Positions 10,462 to 18,720 of a DNA stretch of 64,000 nucleotides are shown piece by piece. The notes beneath the pieces were generated by a model, which was not told the origin of the DNA, searched no databases, and saw nothing but the letters and a program-made list of their open reading frames with translations. Position numbers and translations under genes: made by a program. Source of the DNA: Patescibacteria group bacterium. GTDB taxonomy: Bacteria > Patescibacteriota > SICC01. Each line of letters begins with the position of its first letter. The first letter of the stretch is position 1. The DNA is taken from assembly GCA_040902515.1 (NCBI GenBank), contig JBBDXB010000006.1:499419-563418 (forward strand). The letters run 5' to 3'.

Positions 10462-10988
10462 CGCTGGATACGCAGCGCACGCAGAAGATCGTCCCCAGCC
10501 TCTGGTTCGACAAGGAGTGCGAGGAAGCGATCAAGTTCTACGTGGACACGTTCAACGCCGCGCCGGGCAAGCGCGCGGAGTCGCGGATCGTCACGCTCCA
10601 ACGATACCCGGAAGACAAGCAGGTAGGCCCTACGCCCGGCATGGAAGGGAAGGTGCTCACCGCGATCTTCGAGCTGGCCGGCCAGCGGTTCATGGCCCTC
10701 GACGGCGGGCCGATCTTCACGTTCAACGAGAGCGTCTCGTTTTACGTTGAATGCGAGGACCAGGAGGAGGTCGACTACTTCTGGGGCAAGCTCTCCGCGG
10801 TGCCCGAATCGGAACAGTGCGGGTGGCTCAAGGACAAGTACGGCCTGTCCTGGCAGGTCGTACCGAAGCAGCTCGGCGAGCTGATGTCCGATCCCGACAA
10901 GGCGAAGGCCGGCCGGGTGATGGACGCCATGCTCAAGATGAAGAAGATCGACGTCGCAGGGTTGGAGCGGGCGGCTGCGGGGGAGTAA
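10458..10988 (+). CDS. VOC family (3-demethylubiquinone-9 3-methyltransferase-like) protein
   Basis: QKIVPSLWFD, FMALDGGP, SFYVECEDQEEVDYFW and CGWLKDKYGLSWQV motifs. Confidence 0.92.
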   Translation: MTLDTQRTQKIVPSLWFDKECEEAIKFYVDTFNAAPGKRAESRIVTLQRYPEDKQVGPTPGMEGKVLTAIFELAGQRFMALDGGPIFTFNESVSFYVECEDQEEVDYFWGKLSAVPESEQCGWLKDKYGLSWQVVPKQLGELMSDPDKAKAGRVMDAMLKMKKIDVAGLERAAAGE

Positions 10989-10991
10989 GTC

Positions 10992-11594
10992 ATGAGAAGA
11001 CTTGTCGTCCTGAGCTTCGTATCCCTCGACGGCGTCATGCAGGCGCCGGGCGGAAAGGGCGAAGATCCGTCCGGCGGGTTCGACCTGGAGGGCTGGACGG
11101 TCCCGTACTTTGATGAAGCGGCGGGTGAAGAGATGGGAAAGCAGATGGACCCGCCGTTCGACCTGCTCCTCGGCCGGAAGACCTACGACATTTTCGCCGG
11201 TTACTGGCCGCAGCACCCGGAAGGCCTGGGCGGGGTCTTTAACAAAGTCACCAAGTACGTGGTCAGCGCGAAGGACATCGATACCGGTTGGGAGAATACC
11301 GTCCAGATCAAAGACGACGTGCCGGGGAAGATCCGGAAGCTGAAGCAGGGAGACGGCCCGATGCTGCAGGTGCATGGTAGCAGCGGCCTGATCCAGACAC
11401 TGCTGGCGGAAGACCTGGTCGACGAGCTCTGGCTGAAGACCTTCCCGATCACGCTCGGGAAGGGGAAGCGGTTGTTCGGCGAAGGGACCATCCCCGCCGC
11501 GTTCAAGCTGACTGACTCGAAGATGACACCGAGCGGGGTGGTCTTCGCGTCATACGAGCGGGCTGGCGAAGTCGAGACCGGCTCGTTCGACTGA
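10992..11594 (+). CDS. Dihydrofolate reductase-like (RibD C-terminal) family protein
   Basis: SLDGVMQAPG, LLLGRKTY, GSSGLIQTL..DLVDEL and LGKGKRLF motifs. Confidence 0.92.
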   Translation: MRRLVVLSFVSLDGVMQAPGGKGEDPSGGFDLEGWTVPYFDEAAGEEMGKQMDPPFDLLLGRKTYDIFAGYWPQHPEGLGGVFNKVTKYVVSAKDIDTGWENTVQIKDDVPGKIRKLKQGDGPMLQVHGSSGLIQTLLAEDLVDELWLKTFPITLGKGKRLFGEGTIPAAFKLTDSKMTPSGVVFASYERAGEVETGSFD

Positions 11595-11615
11595 TTGGCG
11601 CGGTAGGATGGAGGT

Positions 11616-11813
11616 ATGACGAAAGAGAAGCATATCCGCGTACCGGTCGGCAGCGGGAAGTCGGTAAAAGGATTCCTGCGCGGACCGCTCGCCAAGCCGC
11701 TCGTGATCTTCGTGCACGGGTTGACCAACGTGAAGCCGAGGATCTGCTTACGAAAGTGTGCGGCGAGGCAGTCGTCCTGTCGCACCCCGGCCAGCCACTC
11801 GTACTGTTTCTAG
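11616..11813 (+). pseudogene. Truncated alpha/beta-hydrolase fragment
   Basis: GGAGG SD and an N-terminus ending in PLVIFVHGL (hydrolase oxyanion strand). Unrelated sequence and a stop follow, at the start of a variable region. Confidence 0.5.
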
Positions 11814-11830
11814 TATTGACGTATTTTCCG

Positions 11831-11859
11831 TTGCCTGCCTCCCGGCTGTCTAGTATGAT
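11831..11859 (+). promoter_or_regulatory. Sigma70-type promoter
   Basis: TTGCCT-17 nt-TATGAT upstream of the ORF at 11913. Confidence 0.5.
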
Positions 11860-11912
11860 GCTCTGCCGGTAGATCGTTAATAATCAGCAGACCATAAACG
11901 CGGGGAGAACGC

Positions 11913-12302
11913 ATGGGCATTGAGGCTGGTGACAGAGAAGGCCAACGACTGGTCAGAAAACAGCAAGAAAGGGAGGGGCGCTGGGAGGACCCCGCCGTTC
12001 TCCGTCTAATAGAGAAAGATCAACGGAGACAGATGGAACGACGCCGCAAAAGGAAAAGGGCAGGATTCCCGCCGGAGCCACGCGAAAAAGAAGGGTCAAA
12101 GAGCGAGGTAATTCTGTCCAGTGAGCTGGTTCTCGCGGCTATACTATGGTGGATTTTCCTCGTGGTCGGCCTGACGTTCATAGCGTTGGTCCTGGTATCC
12201 ATCGCAGGATTGTCCGTCGAGAGAGTCGGAGAATCTGTCATTCTTGTCGTGAACGGGATCCTAGCCGCGTTCGGAGTACGGTACCTTGTTTCCCAAAGCT
12301 AG
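11913..12302 (+). CDS. Hypothetical membrane protein
   Basis: Charged N-terminus and two C-terminal hydrophobic segments; GGGGAG SD. Confidence 0.7.
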   Translation: MGIEAGDREGQRLVRKQQEREGRWEDPAVLRLIEKDQRRQMERRRKRKRAGFPPEPREKEGSKSEVILSSELVLAAILWWIFLVVGLTFIALVLVSIAGLSVERVGESVILVVNGILAAFGVRYLVSQS

Positions 12303-12340
12303 CGGAAGCAGCCCCTGGGCTACCGACGCTTATAAGCACA

Positions 12341-12389
12341 CCCCCTGACCCACCGACGTCCTAACGGACACGGGTCAGGGGGTTCTTTT
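12341..12389 (+). terminator. Intrinsic terminator
   Basis: CCCCCTGACCC...GGGTCAGGGGG stem followed by TTCTTTT. Confidence 0.65.
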
Positions 12390-12554
12390 GCATCCCGAGC
12401 CGGGATTTTCAGGAAGCCCTCACGCGCATCAGAGTGTGGCGCGGTGCTCGTGCTGCCGTGGGAACGTAACCCCTCACCATTTCTCGTAGAGATAGGCTCA
12501 AATGGTGGGCAGGGTATGCCTTACACCAGCACCCAGACAAGCATGGTCCGGGTG

Positions 12555-13151
12555 TCATGCCGTACTGCTCAACACCACCCGGTGAACGTTGGTGTCTTCC
12601 AGGTTCTGAGCAGGGCGAACGCCAGACTCTAAGACCTTAAAGGCATGCCCAAGGGTAGAACCAAGTGACTCGGGTCTGATGCCCAGTCCTTTCGCCCAGG
12701 CCGGGGCCTTGTTGCCAGTGGCTTCCAAGAACGTATAGACGACTATCCCTTGCCTGGAGATGAGGCCCGAGAGCGCTTCAAAGTATTCCGTCTGCCGGTC
12801 ACTTTTGATGAACTGGGAAGATAAGAGATCGAGGACGATACCGAATGAGCCGGGCTTGAATCCAGCTTGGCCCAAGTCCGCGATATCCATGGTCTTGAAA
12901 GTCACCGGGGCATCCTTGGGAGCCTGCGTCTGGGCTTTGGAAATGGCGATGTCGGAAATATCTATACCGGTCACCTGATAGCCTTGGCTCGCCAACCAGA
13001 AAGCCTTGTCGCCTTCGCCGGTGCCAATATCAAGCGCTTTCTTGGGTGAGGGGTGGTATCTCGACATCAGGTCAGAGAGCCAGTCATCCACGCCGGACCA
13101 GGGGTGCGGACCCGTCTTTGCATAGACTTCATTCCAGTGCGTGTTTGACAT
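12555..13151 (-). CDS. Class I SAM-dependent methyltransferase
   Basis: ALDIGTGEG and VTGIDIS motifs. Start moved to MSNTHW (13151) because the longer ORF overlaps the divergent EamA gene. Confidence 0.85.
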   Translation of the reverse strand: MSNTHWNEVYAKTGPHPWSGVDDWLSDLMSRYHPSPKKALDIGTGEGDKAFWLASQGYQVTGIDISDIAISKAQTQAPKDAPVTFKTMDIADLGQAGFKPGSFGIVLDLLSSQFIKSDRQTEYFEALSGLISRQGIVVYTFLEATGNKAPAWAKGLGIRPESLGSTLGHAFKVLESGVRPAQNLEDTNVHRVVLSSTA

Positions 13152-13332
13152 AAATAGCTTAACTAACAAATTATTTATCTTCACTATACAGGTTACAAAC
13201 TCCGGAAAACGATGGGCATGCCGCAGTTCCTCAAGGTAGCGTCGGTTTAATGTGTCCATCGGGGTGGGCTCTGAAATCGTGAATTCAAGAAAACCAGGAA
13301 AGGTAATACACTTAAGAAAGCAGTAAGCAGGC

Positions 13333-14250
13333 ATGCGAAAAGACAAAAACAACCTACTGCCGATCCTGGCGCTCATGGCGGCGAGCCTGCTTTGGGGAGT
13401 GGAGATTCCGATGGTCAAGCTGGGCCTGGAAACGTTCCCCGTGACCGTCTTCATGGCTGCGAAGTTCTTGGCCGCCTCCCTGATACTGCTGCCGTTCGCC
13501 ATCCGGACCTGGAAACCGCTCAAAAGAAAAGAACTTGGATTATTGGCCCTGAGTTCGCTGATTTACATCACCTTTGCGGCCCTGGCCATTAACGTCGGCC
13601 TGACGTACGCCCCCAGCATCAACTCAGGTATCATCACCTTGCTCGGACCGCTCCTGTTGTGCGTGCTCTCAGTCAAATTCCTGAAAGAACGCATGAACCT
13701 GAAGACGTTCGCCGGCGTCCTGTTGGCTTTCGCCGGGGCCATGGTCATCGTCGGCAAGCCGTGGGAAGTCTCACTGAGCGGGCAGACGACGTTACTCGGC
13801 AATACGCTTTTCCTGTTGGCGGTATTCGGCTCCGTGGTCGCAACGCTCATCGCCAAACCGGTGCTCAAGAAGACAAGTTCGTACCAAGCCACGTTCATCA
13901 TCCTGTTCGTGGGCATACTGCCGATCGCCGCGTTCTCTCTCACCGAACTGCCGCAACTCGATGTCCGGGAAATCGCCACGAGCGGATACGTTGCTCTCCT
14001 TTACGGGATCTTTGCGATCACGCTCGCCAACTTCTTCCATACCTACGGGTTGAAGTACAGGCAAGCACACCAGGTAGGGATTTTCTCGTATCTCAAGACG
14101 GTCATCCTGATCATCGCCGCCTGGTTCATTCTCGGCGAACGGCCGAGCCAGGAGTTCGTCGTGGGAGCCGCGTTAGTGTTCATAGGCCTCTACCTGGCCG
14201 AGGTGGGCCGGATGCCGCGTCATCTCACGCTTCACCATCATCACCGGTAA
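13333..14250 (+). CDS. DMT/EamA family transporter
   Basis: About 10 TM segments in two EamA repeats (LLWG...FLKER / ILGER); C-terminal HHHH. Confidence 0.9.
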   Translation: MRKDKNNLLPILALMAASLLWGVEIPMVKLGLETFPVTVFMAAKFLAASLILLPFAIRTWKPLKRKELGLLALSSLIYITFAALAINVGLTYAPSINSGIITLLGPLLLCVLSVKFLKERMNLKTFAGVLLAFAGAMVIVGKPWEVSLSGQTTLLGNTLFLLAVFGSVVATLIAKPVLKKTSSYQATFIILFVGILPIAAFSLTELPQLDVREIATSGYVALLYGIFAITLANFFHTYGLKYRQAHQVGIFSYLKTVILIIAAWFILGERPSQEFVVGAALVFIGLYLAEVGRMPRHLTLHHHHR

Positions 14251-14325
14251 GCGCACCGCAGTGCTGCAGGGCTTGAAAAAGTGCTTCAACTATGCTATTA
14301 TTTCTCAATTAACTTGCGAGCAAAC

Positions 14326-14832
14326 ATGAGAAACGAAGGAAATCCGGAAGCAACCGAAGGCATGCGGGGAGATGCTGCGCCGGACGAAGCAGTCAAAGGC
14401 GTGGAAACCGCTTACTTCCACCATGTCCTTACCGTGGAGTCTGGCGAGCCTACCGCCGATGGTGATCCCTGGGGCAAAGCGGAAAGCGAGTTTCCGGCCC
14501 AAGCGGACGGAATCAATCGCCTGAAGACCGTTGCCGATCGTGCCGACCGGATATCAGAAACGTTTCCGGGGATGTATCGCGAACTCGTGCGCACGCAGCA
14601 CTTTTCGGATGTCGAAGATACCATGGCGCAGCGCATGCTGGCCGACGTCCTGATCTCCCGGGCTTGCGAGCACCGCAGTACCCGCAGTCCCGAAGAGATG
14701 GAAGAAGCTGCCGCGGACCTGCGTCGTGAGTTTGACCCTGACGGCGGAGATCCTACCGCCAAGGATATCGTCAAAACCGCGCTCGAAGGGCGGCTTGATC
14801 CCGAGACAGAGCTCGGACCACCCCGGTTCTAA
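14326..14832 (+). CDS. Hypothetical protein
   Basis: Acidic ORF starting MRNEGNPE. Confidence 0.65.
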   Translation: MRNEGNPEATEGMRGDAAPDEAVKGVETAYFHHVLTVESGEPTADGDPWGKAESEFPAQADGINRLKTVADRADRISETFPGMYRELVRTQHFSDVEDTMAQRMLADVLISRACEHRSTRSPEEMEEAAADLRREFDPDGGDPTAKDIVKTALEGRLDPETELGPPRF

Positions 14833-14907
14833 GAGGAGGGTGCTGAGCGACATTGGCATTTTGACCATAGCGGGTTACGATGCAGTGTCCTCAAACGCAC
14901 TCTTCTT

Positions 14908-15264
14908 ATGCAAGACAGTTCCGTAGAATTCCCAATCTCAGAACGACTTGCCGCTGGTTTAGCCGAAGCGGACGCTGAGTTTACCGTGAACGGGCATGAA
15001 ACCCTGCGCCTCGATCCGAAGCGGCTCCTGGGCGAGGAGCGGGAGTGGGAAGAGGCGGAGATAGCCGAATTGCTCGATTCCGTTGCTACTTTCATGAAGA
15101 TTCCCGGTGACCGGCTTTACGAGGCCTACCGTGAGATGTCGGCACCTGACTGTCCGCACCCCGAGTATAATGTGGGTGCGAACGACACCGATTACCGCTG
15201 GATTCACATCCGTCAGTCCCCGGATGGCCAACCGACTATGTGGTTGGTCGGCGGCACGTTTTAA
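14908..15264 (+). CDS. Hypothetical protein
   Basis: 118-aa ORF co-oriented with the previous gene. Confidence 0.6.
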   Translation: MQDSSVEFPISERLAAGLAEADAEFTVNGHETLRLDPKRLLGEEREWEEAEIAELLDSVATFMKIPGDRLYEAYREMSAPDCPHPEYNVGANDTDYRWIHIRQSPDGQPTMWLVGGTF

Positions 15265-15467
15265 CCGGCCGGGTGCGAAGATCGTGAAGGTAAGGATTGA
15301 GGAGAATGAGAGGAAATGACGGTTTACGACTTCGTTGTTAGGCGCTCCAGGGCCGCGGCAATGCGGTTCAGGGCATAAACAACTTGCTGAGCAGTATTTT
15401 CATCCATTTTGACCTCCTTTCTGCCAACATCTTACGTTGGGTTCGTAAGAAGGCAACGTGCCAAAAC

Positions 15468-15815
15468 CTACAAGCTCCAAAGCGTAGAAAAAATCAGCAG
15501 AGAACCGACGTAAGCAAAAGTAACTATCATGCCATATTGCTTCATGCGGCGCTTATCTTTGTAGTGACCATCAGTAATCGCCTTTCGCGTGTACCACCAA
15601 AGGTTCAAAAGAAGTACTACATACAAGTAAGTTAAGAAAAGACCAACCCCGAAACGTCCGTGGACGTATGCGGCTCCCGCACCAAGCGCCACAGGAGCAG
15701 CAAATAAAAATAATGGCCTTAAAAATTTGTTGGTTATCTGGGCGGTACTAACGAAAAGGGGAATCGCAGCGTAGGTAACGAAGATTAAGCTTACGAGTGC
15801 AACAAGATAGCTCAC
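15468..15815 (-). CDS. Hypothetical membrane protein
   Basis: About four hydrophobic segments. The GTG start overlaps the upstream stop (GTGA at 15815-15812). Confidence 0.6.
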   Translation of the reverse strand: MSYLVALVSLIFVTYAAIPLFVSTAQITNKFLRPLFLFAAPVALGAGAAYVHGRFGVGLFLTYLYVVLLLNLWWYTRKAITDGHYKDKRRMKQYGMIVTFAYVGSLLIFSTLWSL

Positions 15816-16207
15816 GGTACAAGGAAGATTATCCAGACCGTGATCAGTATTCCCACGAACGTGCCCCACATGGTGGCCATCGGGTGAGCTTCAGTGGGAA
15901 GTTGTTTGACTTGAAATAATGTATACGCCACTACTAGGTATGCTGCATAGGCATACAAGAATCCGGTTTGCATGTCCAAAAGGCCATAAATAACTTTCAC
16001 TACTAACGCCATCAAAGGCAAAGCCGCGATCGGGGCAACGAAAGCGATGATCTCAAGTCCGGTCTTTTTCTTAAGGAGTTTAGTTTCTTGAAGAAGTTTG
16101 AGAGGGATTCCGGGAAAAATAACGAGCAATAGTCCGCCAACAAAAGCGATCGGCATAAAAACGACTGGAAGCAAAGGGATTGAAATCAGAAAAATCAGCC
16201 AATCCAT
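15812..16207 (-). CDS. Hypothetical membrane protein
   Basis: 131 aa, almost entirely hydrophobic segments; AT-rich. Confidence 0.7.
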   Translation of the reverse strand: MDWLIFLISIPLLPVVFMPIAFVGGLLLVIFPGIPLKLLQETKLLKKKTGLEIIAFVAPIAALPLMALVVKVIYGLLDMQTGFLYAYAAYLVVAYTLFQVKQLPTEAHPMATMWGTFVGILITVWIIFLVP

Positions 16208-16251
16208 GGATTCAACCTAGCAAGCAAAAATTACTGTGGCAAACTAAACTG

Positions 16252-17250
16252 CTAATCTGGCAAAACGCCAAATGGCTTCCATCGCTCAATAGCCGGTGGT
16301 GGATTCTTTATCGATGCCAATTTCAATAATGCTGCTCGAAGAAAACGCCTACCCATGATCCCAAGAACAAGGCATTCAAAAGTAAAGAGATTTCGCGCGG
16401 TTAATTCCATCTGACTTTCATAAAATTTTCGTGAATCCATAGGGGTTATGGCTCCGACAGCAAACGAATCTGTTTGTTTGTAATTTGCACGTATACGCAC
16501 GCGATACATTAAATGAAAAATAGAGGTGCTTGGTAACTTACCGGCAATGCGCTCCTTATCAGCCTTGAGAACATTCTTTCTTCTTTTGCCAGTTGCTGTT
16601 TTGGGTTTCTCATTTCGAATCCAATTACTAAAATCTTCTTCACACTGATCTGCTCTGGTAGTTTTAAGTGATTTTGCGAACACGCCCCAAGCTGTTTCTG
16701 TGCTTCGAGGAACAGTTAAATTGCTAATATCTAGTCCGGCTGTAGTGCCGAGATTTTGATATGTAACTTGATCAATTTGTGGGCATCCGTTGGCGGTTGC
16801 ATTCCAAGGCAGAAGAGCTAAGTCTCGTCTTGAAAGCCTGCCGGTAAGGTCATTTAATACTGATCGGTGACTTGTCGCTTTTGAACCAGCTGCTTTCAAG
16901 TAAGCGCGCCCTGCTGAGAAGACTGCATAATATGCCTGTATTGGTGACCAAACATTTGCATATCGTATAGCAGCGTTAGTCGCTGTTTCTAGCGATTCCG
17001 CCATTAAGAGTTCCGTAGACCAAGCCCCCTGAAGAAGAGAAGCTATTTCCTCTGGTTTGATGTCTGTGGGTCTAGCTTTTGAAGCTCCCGGCTGAGCCGA
17101 TATAAAAGTGGCTTGATCTGTAAAAGTGGGATACTGATCCTTGGCAATCCACAAGAATGCATCGGCGTAATTTTTGTACGTGACAAATGCCTTAGCATCT
17201 TCATCTGGTGGATCGTAAATGTCGCCAGGCGCAATTGTAAGTACAGTCAT
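16252..17250 (-). CDS. HEPN-like (UPF0332-type signature) protein with large insertion
   Basis: AYYAVFSAGRAYL...TSH and RVRIRANY resemble the AYYAxFxAxxAxL...xH and RxxADY HEPN motifs. Confidence 0.55.
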   Translation of the reverse strand: MTVLTIAPGDIYDPPDEDAKAFVTYKNYADAFLWIAKDQYPTFTDQATFISAQPGASKARPTDIKPEEIASLLQGAWSTELLMAESLETATNAAIRYANVWSPIQAYYAVFSAGRAYLKAAGSKATSHRSVLNDLTGRLSRRDLALLPWNATANGCPQIDQVTYQNLGTTAGLDISNLTVPRSTETAWGVFAKSLKTTRADQCEEDFSNWIRNEKPKTATGKRRKNVLKADKERIAGKLPSTSIFHLMYRVRIRANYKQTDSFAVGAITPMDSRKFYESQMELTARNLFTFECLVLGIMGRRFLRAALLKLASIKNPPPAIERWKPFGVLPD

Positions 17251-17256
17251 GTGGCC

Positions 17257-18015
17257 TTAAGCTGATTGCATAATTTCTTGAATGTCTTTTGTTACAAGCA
17301 GGACGCACACTTCCCAGTCTGATCGATTGCCGTTAATTTCGAGTTCGCGACTATAGTTGCCAGCGTAAATCTCATAACCAAGATTACGTAATTTTTTAAG
17401 ATGGTCATTTAGCGTAAAACCTATTCTGACACCCTCCCCAGGACCTAGTTCATCAATAATATCTCCGTAGTCAGTGACATCTTGAAAAAACTGTCCAATA
17501 GTTTCAGCTTCTTTTTTAGTTTCGGGGGCGTCGTTTCTCAATTCACTACTCAACCCGGCTCGAACGTACGAAAGTAGATTAGCGCCAGTGCTGACTTTAT
17601 GGACTTTAAGTTTTTGAGGGGGTTTACCCCAGTTAACTTTGGGGGGCCATGCTTTCTCAATTGGATCTAGCGTCTTATCCACCCACTCTTCGTGTTTCTT
17701 TTTCAATCGGCGAAGTTCTTCTGCTGTGCGATGTTTAACTTGATTATCAATTTCTATGTGATGAGTTGGGCACAGAAGTATTCGGTTCTTATACTGATGC
17801 ACATCGTCATCGGGCAGGGGTTCGTATCTTGGACCATCCGACTTATGAGAAACGATATGGCCTTCCTGCCCCAATACCGCATGTTCATCACCTGCAATAG
17901 TCGGGTCCGCTACTAGCTTAATGTGGCACATTACACATCTGTTGCCAGAATTTCCCCAGAGTAGTTTGCGACTCTTTGCCGAAATTGCCTTAGCCATACA
18001 CAAAGCGTACATCAC
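17257..18015 (-). CDS. HNH endonuclease domain protein
   Basis: LWGNSGNRCVMC...GHIVS...NRILLCPTHHIEID. The start may be 17997 (MAKAIS). Confidence 0.85.
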   Translation of the reverse strand: MMYALCMAKAISAKSRKLLWGNSGNRCVMCHIKLVADPTIAGDEHAVLGQEGHIVSHKSDGPRYEPLPDDDVHQYKNRILLCPTHHIEIDNQVKHRTAEELRRLKKKHEEWVDKTLDPIEKAWPPKVNWGKPPQKLKVHKVSTGANLLSYVRAGLSSELRNDAPETKKEAETIGQFFQDVTDYGDIIDELGPGEGVRIGFTLNDHLKKLRNLGYEIYAGNYSRELEINGNRSDWEVCVLLVTKDIQEIMQSA

Positions 18016-18048
18016 AAAATCCGCCGGACATAAGCCCGCCGGATTTTT
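18016..18048 (-). terminator. Terminator downstream of tmRNA
   Basis: GC-rich hairpin flanked by A and T tracts directly after the tmRNA CCA. Confidence 0.6.
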
Positions 18049-18049
18049 A

Positions 18050-18474
18050 TGGTGGAGATGGGGGGAGTCGAACCCCCGTCCGATAAAGACCTGTGAAAGA
18101 CGATCTACCGGCGTAGTCCGCTTTTTGCTGTCAGCTCGCTGGTCGAAAACGGACCAAACCCAGCGAACCCAGTCTCAAACGTGTCTCCGAATTTCCTGAG
18201 ACTAGGGAATCCGGATGAGCCCGGAGTATGACGCGCGGTCCTGCCAGCCGGGCACTGGTAGGCGCACGGTCCGGGGTATTACGCCCGGACGGGAGAGACA
18301 GCCAGGCCGGTGAACGCAGTGCGCACGGAATCCCGTACGTCCTGGTACGCGGCGATAGCCTTCTCTTTGAAGTTGGCAGTTGTAATGCCGTTGAACGCGT
18401 GATTAGCGAGGTGAGCGTTCATCCTCGGCCGGCAGCCTGTCAAGGTACTTCACCGTCGAATCCGGTGCATCCCC
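18050..18474 (-). ncRNA. ssrA: tmRNA
   Basis: 5' GGGGATGCACCGGATTCGACGG and 3' GACGGGGGTTCGACTCCCCCCATCTCCACCA form an acceptor stem with a G3:U pair. The internal tag ORF is 18377-18279, and smpB lies 3.6 kb away. Confidence 0.95.
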
Positions 18475-18482
18475 GTGCGCGG

Positions 18483-18511
18483 ATTGTACGTCGGTTAGGC
18501 GTGAAAGTCAA
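18483..18511 (-). promoter_or_regulatory. tmRNA promoter
   Basis: TTGACT-17 nt-TACAAT just upstream of the tmRNA 5' end. Confidence 0.75.
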
Positions 18512-18521
18512 TGGTCTGAGC

Positions 18522-18550
18522 TTGTAAGAACCGCTACACCATGCTACAAT
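18522..18550 (+). promoter_or_regulatory. Divergent sigma70-type promoter
   Basis: TTGTAA-17 nt-TACAAT with an extended -10 TG. Confidence 0.6.
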
Positions 18551-18606
18551 ACGGGTGATGTGAGGCCCTGCTGCACAGGAAACCTGCGCTCGAGCAGCCT
18601 GTAGCG

Positions 18607-18630
18607 AGAACCCCGAAAGGGGTTCTTTTT
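18607..18630 (+). terminator. Intrinsic terminator
   Basis: AGAACCCC-GAAA-GGGGTTCT followed by TTTT. Confidence 0.8.
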
Positions 18631-18720
18631 GTGTTGTCTTTATGCTCGCATGGTAGCTTGCTAAAATGTAAGCGGTGGGCATGATGTCCACCCACCCGGG
18701 TGGTATGCCAGAATGGATAC

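Noticed and set aside
13152-13523. N-terminal extension of the methyltransferase ORF
   Set aside because: Overlaps the divergent EamA gene and the AT-rich promoter spacer. The real start is likely 13151.
11600-18050. att duplication of the tmRNA 3' end bounding the left island
   Set aside because: No copy of TGGTGGAGATGGGG and no integrase found, so the boundaries cannot be fixed.
18553-18605. Fluoride or lysine riboswitch upstream of lysA
   Set aside because: GGGTGATG..AGGCCC resembles the fluoride aptamer start, but the 3' CTGATG..CTAC element is missing. The segment is far too short for a lysine riboswitch.
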